NCBI GenBank assembly: GCA_963777315.1 | Contig: CAVZQC010000002.1 | Span: 320,001 to 384,000 of the forward strand | Direction of reading: 5' to 3' | From: Vulcanimicrobiota bacterium | GTDB lineage: Bacteria; Vulcanimicrobiota; Vulcanimicrobiia; Vulcanimicrobiales; Vulcanimicrobiaceae | Length of the DNA stretch: 64,000 bases | In this document: one piece after another, positions 51,132 to 58,684 of the stretch | Layout: each line of letters starts with the position of its first letter | How positions within the stretch are numbered: the first letter of the stretch is position 1 | The notes under the pieces: generated by a model | Databases searched by the model: none | What the model was told of the DNA's origin: nothing | The model's input: only the letters and a program-made list of their open reading frames with translations | Made by a program: the position numbers and the translations under genes

Positions 51132-51147
51132 GGTTCCACGGGGAACC
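51132..51147. promoter_or_regulatory. parS-like site
   Basis: GGTTCCACGGGGAACC, a near-palindromic variant of TGTTNCACGTGAAACA, intergenic, 1.6 kb upstream of parAB. Confidence 0.7.
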
Positions 51148-51349
51148 TTCACCCTTATGCCATCGCGCTAGTAACCACCATTCGTGCAAATGCGGTTACT
51201 TGCTCATTACCGGCTCCGGTGGAGCGGCGTTCGCTTGGCCCGGTTGGATGCCGGCGGGGCAAACCCAGTCGTACGGAGCCTTGCCGCGCGTCTGCGGCTG
51301 TCGAGCGGTTACAAGAAGGCCGTACCGCGCGCGCGAAGCGCTCGTTGCC

Positions 51350-52727
51350 GTGTACGAGCCGCTAGCCGTCGATCGCGCGCTCTGCGAAGTTCTCCCGGAG
51401 GGCTCGCTCTTTGCCGTGGGCGGCCGCGTTCGAGACGAGATCCGGGCTTCGTTCGAAGTCTGTCTCGCCGGTCGTCAAAGACCTCGATTACATCGTAACC
51501 GGCATAGCAGGCGCCGAACTCGAACGGCGTCTGGCCCGCATCGGACGCGTGGATCTGGTCGGCGCCTCGTTCGCGGTCTTCAAGGTCGGATTGGCCGGAC
51601 AAACGGTCGACGTCGCGCTGCCCAGGGCCGAGCGTTCCGTCGGCGTGGGCCATCGTGACTTTGCGGTGCAAAGTGGCCCCGACGTGCCGCTGGAGCAGGA
51701 TCTGGCGCGCCGCGACTTTCGCATGAACGCGATCGCGCGCTCGCTTCCCTCGGGTACGCTGGTCGACCCGCATCGCGGCTGCGACGACATTGCAGCGCGC
51801 CGTATCGACATTCTGCACGCGCAAACGTTCGAGGAAGATCCGCTGCGCATGCTGCGCGCAGCCCAGTTCGCAGCGCGGTTCGAATACGTGCTCTCGCCGT
51901 TTACGCGCGAGGCGATGATCGCGGCAGCTGGTCTGGTGCAAACCGTTTCGGCCGAACGCATTGCCGAGGAGCTGGGCAAGCTGCTCTCGCGTGCGGCACG
52001 CCCCTCCGTCGGGCTCGAGGTTTTGCGCCAAAGCGGCGTGCTGCAGTACGTATGGCCGGAATTGCTCGAGGGCGTCGACGTCGAGCAAAACGAATGGCAC
52101 GCCTACCCCGTCTACCGGCACAATTTGGAAACGGCCGATGCAGCCGGCCCCGGCGATCTTGTCTTGCGCCTTGCCGCGCTGCTGCACGACGTGGGCAAGC
52201 CGCGCACGAAAGAGGGCGCACACTTCTATCGCCACGAGCAAATCGGCGCCGACATGGCACGCGCCATACTTTCGCGCCTGCGCTTTTCGCACGAGATAAC
52301 GCAAACGGCCGAGCACCTGGTGCGCCAGCACATGTACGTCGCAGACCCGCAGCTCTCCGACGCTGCGATTCGCCGCTTCATCCGCCGCATCGGCGTGCAG
52401 CATCTGGATCGTCAGTTCGCTTTGAGGGCTGCGGATATCGCCGGAAGCGGCCTGCCCAAACGCGACGATTCCAACGAACGATTTCAGTCTCGCGTGTACG
52501 CCGAAGTCTCGCGCAAACCGCCGTTTTCCGTCAAAGATTTGCGCGTCGACGGCGCCGCGGTCATTGCGGTTATGGTCGAGAAAGGCATCGCGCCTGCGGG
52601 ATTCCGCGGAGACAAGCGCGTCGGCGAAGCGCTGGGGTTTTTGTTCGAGCAGGTCACGGAGCAGCCGGAGCGCAATGAGCTCGCCACGCTCATCGCGCTG
52701 CTGGAGCAGTATTTCGGGGGTTCCTAA
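51350..52727 (+). CDS. cca: CCA-adding tRNA nucleotidyltransferase with HD domain (apparent +1 frameshift near 51458)
   Basis: AVGGRVRD in one frame; KDLD, DLARRDFRMNA, EDPLRMLRA, ERI, LLHDVGK in the next frame. Confidence 0.85.
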
Positions 52728-52729
52728 CA

Positions 52730-53515
52730 CTGTCGCGGATCATCGCGCTCGTCAATCAAAAGGGCGGAGTGGGCAAGAGCACTACGACGGTGAATTTGGG
52801 CGCCGCGCTGGCGGTGCTCGGAAAGACCGTGCTGGTCGTCGATCTCGATCCGCAAGGCAACACGACCACCGGTTTGGGCGCCAATAAATCCGAGCTCAAA
52901 CGCGACGTCTACGATTTGCTCATGCATCACGCCGCGATCGACGAAGTGCTGCGTCCCACGGAAATCGACGAGCTGCACTTGATTCCGGCCACGATCAATC
53001 TTGCGGGCGCCGAAATCGAACTCGTGTCGGCACTTTCGCGCGAGAACCGCCTCAAGGGCGTGCTCGCGCCGATTGCGCGCAATTACGATTTCGTGCTCAT
53101 CGACTGCCCGCCGTCCTTGGGGCTGCTCACGATCAACGCGCTCACCGCCGCGCAGGAAGTGATCATTCCGGTGCAAGCCGAGTACTACGCGCTCGAAGGC
53201 CTGTCGCAGCTCACCAACGTCGTGCGTCGCGTTCAGGAGGCGCTCAATCCGCAGCTGCGCGTGAACGGCGTGCTGGTCACGATGTTCGACGGGCGCACGA
53301 AGCTCGCCATGGAAGTGCTCGACGAACTCAATGCCTACTTTCCGCGCCAAATGTTCAAAACGCAGATTCCGCGCAACATTCGCCTTTCGGAGGCGCCGTC
53401 GTTCGGCAAGCCGGTCATTTTGTTCGATCTGAAATCGCGCGGAGCGCAAGCGTACATGTCGCTGGCAGGCGAAATCATCAACGCGCAGCAGGACGCTCGG
53501 GCCGTGGCGCAGTGA
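52730..53515 (+). CDS. parA: ParA/Soj chromosome partitioning ATPase
   Basis: RIIALVNQKGGVGKSTT, DLDPQGN, IDCPPSLG, IPRNIRLSEAPSFG; needs a CTG start at 52730. Confidence 0.95.
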   Translation: MSRIIALVNQKGGVGKSTTTVNLGAALAVLGKTVLVVDLDPQGNTTTGLGANKSELKRDVYDLLMHHAAIDEVLRPTEIDELHLIPATINLAGAEIELVSALSRENRLKGVLAPIARNYDFVLIDCPPSLGLLTINALTAAQEVIIPVQAEYYALEGLSQLTNVVRRVQEALNPQLRVNGVLVTMFDGRTKLAMEVLDELNAYFPRQMFKTQIPRNIRLSEAPSFGKPVILFDLKSRGAQAYMSLAGEIINAQQDARAVAQ

Positions 53516-54384
53516 GCAGCGCGACAAAACGGGGATTGGGCCGAGGACTGGGAGCGCTGCTGGGGGATGCATCGCTCCCCGACGCGTCTTCGGGAGTGCC
53601 TCCCGACGCGATTCGGCACATTCCGATCGAGCTGGTGCGGCCGAATCCCCATCAGCCGCGCAAACTCTTCGATGCCGCGACCCTGGACGAGCTGCGAGCT
53701 TCGATCGCGGAGCACGGCGTGCTCGTGCCGATTCTGGTGCGCGAGCGCGGCCAGACGTACGAATTGATCGCGGGCGAGCGCCGCTGGCGCGCGTGCGCGG
53801 CTCAGGGAGAAGCGACCATCCCCGCAATCGTGCGTTCCAGCGACGACCGCGAGAGTTTGGAAATGGCGATCATCGAGAACCTGCAGCGCGAGGATCTCAA
53901 CGCGCTCGAAGAAGCCGCCGGCATCGCGCAGCTGATCGAAGCGCACGGTTTTACGCAGGAACAGGTCTCGCGCCGGCTGGGAAAGAGCCGGCCGTCAGTG
54001 ACCAATGCGCTGCGTCTGCTGGCTTTGCCCGAACCGGTCAAAGCGATGATCGCGCAGGGCAGTTTGAGCGCCGGCCACGCCAAAGCGCTGCTCGGTGCAC
54101 CCGAACGGATGCGCTTGGAACTCGCGCGCCGCACGGCAAGCCAAGGGATTTCCGTGCGCGCGCTCGAGCGCATCGTCGCAACGCTGTCCGCTCCGCCTGC
54201 ACCCAAACCTTCCGCCGCGCAGCGGGCGCCGACGGCCGAGGATCGCGAATTCGAAGCCGGCCTTCGCACGCGCATCGGGACGGCGGTCGCGCTGCGGCGC
54301 AACGGCCGCGGAGGAACGATCGAAATCAAGTTTACCAGCGAAACGGACCTGATCCGCATCGCCGATATTTTGCTGGGCGAGTAA
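53512..54384 (+). CDS. parB: ParB/Spo0J partition protein
   Basis: KRGLGRGLGALL, PNPHQPR, IAGERRWRA, IENLQREDL, HTH SRPSVTNALRLL. Confidence 0.97.
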   Translation: MSSATKRGLGRGLGALLGDASLPDASSGVPPDAIRHIPIELVRPNPHQPRKLFDAATLDELRASIAEHGVLVPILVRERGQTYELIAGERRWRACAAQGEATIPAIVRSSDDRESLEMAIIENLQREDLNALEEAAGIAQLIEAHGFTQEQVSRRLGKSRPSVTNALRLLALPEPVKAMIAQGSLSAGHAKALLGAPERMRLELARRTASQGISVRALERIVATLSAPPAPKPSAAQRAPTAEDREFEAGLRTRIGTAVALRRNGRGGTIEIKFTSETDLIRIADILLGE

Positions 54385-54388
54385 CAGC

Positions 54389-54568
54389 GTGGCGGGGCTG
54401 CAACGCATCATCGCTCTGCTGATGGCGGCGGGCATGGTTTTCGTTTTTCTCGTGCCCCTGGGCATGGCGCGGCACGCCTATACGCTCGTGGCGATCGTCG
54501 TGGCGATCTTCGTTCTGTATCTTGCGGTGAACGCGTGGATATTCGTGCGCATGCGCCGGCGCTCTTGA
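54389..54568 (+). CDS. Small two-TM membrane protein (59 aa)
   Basis: Translated by hand: MAGLQRIIALLMAAGMVFVFLVPLGMARHAYTLVAIVVAIFVLYLAVNAWIFVRMRRRS; fills the parB-thiE gap, stop overlaps the thiE TTG. Confidence 0.7.
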   Translation: MAGLQRIIALLMAAGMVFVFLVPLGMARHAYTLVAIVVAIFVLYLAVNAWIFVRMRRRS

Positions 54569-55170
54569 CCGGCATTTACGCCATCGCCGACGCGGCGCGA
54601 TCGGATCCGGTTGCGCTTGCGAGCGCGGCCGTGCGCGGCGGTGCGCGCATCGTCCAATATCGCGCCAAAGGCGGAATCGTCGCGTCGCACGCGCGTGCGC
54701 TGCGTGAACTCACGCTCCGCCACGGTGCGCTGTTCATCGTCAACGACGATTGGCGGGCGGCGCTGAAATACGAGGCCGACGGCGTTCACCTCGGACCGGA
54801 CGACGCAAGTCCGCGCGAGGTTGCCGAAATTCGCGCCGCCATGGGCGAACGGCTCGTGGGCATCTCGTGCGGAACGCAGAGCGAAGCGCGCGAGGCGCAA
54901 ACGCTGCGCGCGGATTACATCGGCGCCGGCTCGGTATACGCGACGGCGTCGAAGGCCGACGCGGGTTCGCCGATCGGCACGGCCGGATTGGAACGCATCG
55001 TGCGCGCGACGCGCTTGCCCGTGGCGGCGATCGGCGGCATCACGCTGCAAGTCATTCCACAGATTCGTTCGTCGGGGGCCGCGATGGCCGCCGTGATCTC
55101 CGCGATCGCTTCCGCACCCGACCCGCAGGCCGCGGCCGCACAGCTGGTGCGGGCTTGGAACGCCCGATGA
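54565..55170 (+). CDS. thiE: Thiamine-phosphate synthase
   Basis: VQYRAK, FIVNDD, DGVHLG, ADYIGAGSVYATASK, VAAIGGI, AVISAI. Confidence 0.95.
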   Translation: MTGIYAIADAARSDPVALASAAVRGGARIVQYRAKGGIVASHARALRELTLRHGALFIVNDDWRAALKYEADGVHLGPDDASPREVAEIRAAMGERLVGISCGTQSEAREAQTLRADYIGAGSVYATASKADAGSPIGTAGLERIVRATRLPVAAIGGITLQVIPQIRSSGAAMAAVISAIASAPDPQAAAAQLVRAWNAR

Positions 55171-55931
55171 GCGCGCCGCTGCTCGTCTCCGTCGGAACGA
55201 CTCATCCCTGGAACATCGCCGGAGTGGGATTGGACGCACGTGTCGCCTTGGGCTACGGCCTCGTGCATGCAATGGCCGTCGCAGCCGTGAGCGCGCAAGA
55301 CGAAACGGGATTGCAGGCCCTGCACGTCGTGCCGGCGGATGCGCTGGCAGCGCAACTGCGCGGCTTGCCCGCCGATCCCGCGGCATACCGCATCGGAGCG
55401 CTGGGTTCGAGCGAAAACGTGCGCATTGTGGCGGCGCACCTGCGCGATCGCGCGGCCAACGTTCCGGTGGTGGTGGATCCGGCGGCCGGCGCAACGCTCG
55501 GAGGGGCGCTTTGGGCCGACGGCGATGCGATGCCGGCGATCTGCAGCGAGCTGCTGCCGCTGGGAGTCATCGTTACGCCGAATCTGAGCGAAGCGCAGAT
55601 GTTGACCGGCATGCCGGTCGCCGACGTCGAGCAGATGCGCGCAGCGGGAAGCGCGTTGATCCGGCGTGGTGCGCGAGCGGCAATCGTGAAGGGAGGCCAC
55701 CTCGAAGGCGATCCGGTCGACGTGGTGTGCACCGCCGAAGGCTGCACGCCGTACGCAGGTGAACGCATCGGTGCGGCGATGCGGGGTTCGGGCTGCACGC
55801 TCGCGGCCGCTCTGGCCTGCGAGCTCGCGCTCGGACGGGATTTGGATTCGGCCGTGCGATCGGCGCGCGCCTACGTGCGCACGCGCATTGCATCCGGGAC
55901 GATGCGCGGCGGATTGCAGGTCGCATTTTGA
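55167..55931 (+). CDS. thiD: Hydroxymethylpyrimidine/phosphomethylpyrimidine kinase (divergent)
   Basis: VVVDP, VTPNLSEA, KGGH, GSGCTLA ribokinase-family motifs; coupled to thiE. Confidence 0.85.
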   Translation: MSAPLLVSVGTTHPWNIAGVGLDARVALGYGLVHAMAVAAVSAQDETGLQALHVVPADALAAQLRGLPADPAAYRIGALGSSENVRIVAAHLRDRAANVPVVVDPAAGATLGGALWADGDAMPAICSELLPLGVIVTPNLSEAQMLTGMPVADVEQMRAAGSALIRRGARAAIVKGGHLEGDPVDVVCTAEGCTPYAGERIGAAMRGSGCTLAAALACELALGRDLDSAVRSARAYVRTRIASGTMRGGLQVAF

Positions 55932-55956
55932 AACGCGTGCAATTCGGGCGCCTTCG

Positions 55957-56967
55957 ATGACGACGACTATCGCAGGAAAGCGCCCGCGCGTGATGTCCGG
56001 TATGCGTCCCACCGGGAGGCTGCACATCGGCCATTACTTCGGCGTGCTCACGCAGTGGACGCAGTATTGCCGCAACGCGGACGCATATTTCGAGATCGCG
56101 GATTTGCACGCGTACACCACCGAGTTCGGCAATCCGCAAGCGATTCGCGACGCGCGCAACGACATGGTGATCGATTGGCTCGCGGCGGGCGTCGATCCGA
56201 ACCAGTCGACGTTTTTTCTGCAGTCCGGCATTCCGGAAATCTCCGAGCTGCAGGTGCTGCTGGGAATGATTACGCCGCTTTCGTGGCTCGAGCGCGTGCC
56301 GACGTACAAAGGACAAATCGAGGCGCTCGGCCAGGACATCGCGACGTACGGCTTTTTGGGGTATCCGCTGCTGCAGCTGTGCGATATCGTGGCTTTTCGC
56401 GGCGAAGAAGTGCCCGTCGGACGCGATCAGGTCGCGCACTTGGAATTTGGACGCGAAGTCGTGCGGCGGTTCAACTATCTCTATGGAGATGGAGAGCAGA
56501 TTCTGATCGAGCCCAAGGCGATGCTGCTTGCGGACGCAGCCGAAGTTCCGGGCACCGACGGGCGCAAGATGAGCAAGTCGTACGGGAATTGCATTTTTCT
56601 GGGCGACGACGAGGCTGCAACGACCGACGGCGTGCGCCGCATGGTCACCGATCCGCTCAAGATTCGCCGGCACGATCCCGGGCGCCCGCAGGTGTGTTCG
56701 GTCTTCGCCCTATGGAAGCTCGTCAAGCCGCAGCACGTTCCTCTGGTCGACCGCGATTGCCGTTCGGGTGCGCTCGGCTGCGTTGCGGACAAAGGCGATC
56801 TCGCGCAAGCGCTCAACGCCTATTTGGCGCCGATCCGCGAGCGGCGCAAGCTGTACGCGAGCGACGTCGCGCAGGTGGAGCGTATCGTTCGGGACGGAAC
56901 CCAGCGCGCGCGCGCAGTAGCCATAGAAACGTTGGCCGGCGTCAAACGCGCGATGCGTCTGCAGTAA
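55957..56967 (+). CDS. trpS: Tryptophan--tRNA ligase
   Basis: SGMRPTGRLHIGHY, VPVGRDQ, KMSKS. Confidence 0.97.
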   Translation: MTTTIAGKRPRVMSGMRPTGRLHIGHYFGVLTQWTQYCRNADAYFEIADLHAYTTEFGNPQAIRDARNDMVIDWLAAGVDPNQSTFFLQSGIPEISELQVLLGMITPLSWLERVPTYKGQIEALGQDIATYGFLGYPLLQLCDIVAFRGEEVPVGRDQVAHLEFGREVVRRFNYLYGDGEQILIEPKAMLLADAAEVPGTDGRKMSKSYGNCIFLGDDEAATTDGVRRMVTDPLKIRRHDPGRPQVCSVFALWKLVKPQHVPLVDRDCRSGALGCVADKGDLAQALNAYLAPIRERRKLYASDVAQVERIVRDGTQRARAVAIETLAGVKRAMRLQ

Positions 56968-57829
56968 CGCCTTCGCGCTGCGCGTCGATCGTGTAACCCG
57001 GATCCTTTGCCGAGACGCAGCCGGCGCGATAGACGGCAAAGCGTTCGGCCAAACCGCCCGCAAGAATCATCGCTCCGGCGATTTTCGACAGGGCAGCGCT
57101 GTTTTTCGAAAATATGGCTGCCGCCGTTCCCGCGATGTTGAGCGCGCGCGCCGCTTTGGACAGCACGGCAGCTTGGCCGGTTTCATAGGCCTGTTTTTGG
57201 CGCGCTCCAAGTTCTGCGTGCACCCGTTCGAGCGCGATTATCACGCCGATGCCGCCCAGCATCGTCAACCGCCGCGCAGCTCCCGCGCGCGAAGCCGGCG
57301 CGCACAGCATGCCGAAGGCGCCGGCGCTTGCAGCCGAGCTCGCGGCGAACAGCGCCGGCATGGAAAGCCGCGCGAAATGCCAGGCGGGCACGACGGTGTC
57401 GGCAATGAGCACCGACGTGTACACCGACATCGCCGGCCCAAAGAGCGCTCCGGCGCCTTCAAAGATTCGGCCAACCCGCGGAAGCAGGCCCGTCAGCTCG
57501 CTCGCAGTTGCAGCAAACACCGACGCACCGAAGGCGCTGAAGATGTACACGCCCACGCTCATCGGCGAGGTCGGCTTGAAGACGCGCAGCATGTTCAGGA
57601 ACCGCTCGGGGCGTTTGAGATCGGCGATCAGACACACGCCGCTCACTGCCGCGCCGCCCGCCGCGCCCAGCAGCATCACGCGCGCCAGCTCGTCGTTCTT
57701 TGCAAGCCGCTGCGAAAACGCGAGCGTCGCGGCCGTGCCGGCCATTCCGCCGGTGAAAAAGTAGGTCGGAATGAGATCGGTCCACTCGGGCGGCTTGATC
57801 ACCGGCCGTCCGTAATAGCCCTCTACCAT
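56942..57829 (-). CDS. NrfD/PsrC family membrane anchor subunit
   Basis: YYGRPVIKPPEW, YFFTGG, DLKRPERF...SPMSVG, VPAW; multiple TMs. Confidence 0.9.
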   Translation of the reverse strand: MVEGYYGRPVIKPPEWTDLIPTYFFTGGMAGTAATLAFSQRLAKNDELARVMLLGAAGGAAVSGVCLIADLKRPERFLNMLRVFKPTSPMSVGVYIFSAFGASVFAATASELTGLLPRVGRIFEGAGALFGPAMSVYTSVLIADTVVPAWHFARLSMPALFAASSAASAGAFGMLCAPASRAGAARRLTMLGGIGVIIALERVHAELGARQKQAYETGQAAVLSKAARALNIAGTAAAIFSKNSAALSKIAGAMILAGGLAERFAVYRAGCVSAKDPGYTIDAQREGVTADASRV

Positions 57830-58684
57830 TTTCGCGCCGCTGCGCAAAGCGCGACCGTCCCTGCGAGCATCAGCATGGCCGCGCCGGCCGCTTTCCACAT
57901 TTGCGCCAGGTGCAGCGTCGGAACGATCGGATTGGGCGGCAAGCCGTACACTTCGGGTTTGTCGAGCAGCAGCCACATCGAACCGCCCCCGCCGATGCCG
58001 TCGTTCGGATCCGTCAGAGTAGAGCTGCGCGCCGTCAAAGCGCTGCTGCACGCTCTCCAGGCGGCGCTGCGCGCGATCGCGCAGTTCGTCGACGGCGCCG
58101 AACTGAATCGAATCGGTCGGACACGCTTTCGCGCACGCCGGTTCCTCGCCGGCTTTGAGCCGGTCGTAGCACAGCGTGCATTTGCCCATGGTGCCGTGCT
58201 GCGGCTGTTCGCTGATCACGCCGAACGGACACGCGACCACGCAGTAGCCGCAGCCGTTGCAGACGTCTTCCTGGATGACGACCGTGCCGTACTCGGTGCG
58301 CACGATCGCGCCCGTGGGACACACGTCCAAACAGCCGGCGTGCGTGCAGTGCTTGCACACGTCGGATTCCATCAGCCAGCGGCCGCTGCCGCTGGCCTGC
58401 GGTTTGGCTTGCGCAGTTTCGAACTGCTCGACGAACGCGACGTGACGCCACGTGTTGCCGCTCAGCTCGCCGGTGTTGTCGTACGACATTCCGGTGAACT
58501 CGTAGCCGTCTTGCGGCAGCTCGTTCCACTCCTTGCACGCGACCTCGCACGCCTTGCAGCCGATGCACAGCGTCGTGTCGGTAAAGAAGCCCATGCGGTC
58601 GCGCTGATCTTCGCCGTACGTTTCGGCTTGGCTTTGCGCCGACGTCAGTGAAGCCAATGCCGTGAGATCGATGAAGCTGCTCAT
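57823..58684 (-). CDS. Formate dehydrogenase iron-sulfur (beta) subunit (apparent +1 frameshift at about 58018)
   Basis: CIGCKACEVAC, CKHC...CLDVCP, CNGCGYCVVACP, KCTLC...CAKACP; C-terminus GIGG...PEVYGLP plus TM lies in the shifted frame. Confidence 0.88.

Noticed and set aside
51257..51266. GGGCAAACCC resembling part of a c-di-GMP-I riboswitch
   Set aside because: The rest of the aptamer consensus is not evident and the downstream gene (cca) is atypical
45470..58020. Programmed ribosomal frameshifting at the rnpA, cca and fdh-beta shifts
   Set aside because: No slippery heptamers, no precedent I know of in these genes, and all three are fixed by deleting one base, so assembly error is more parsimonious
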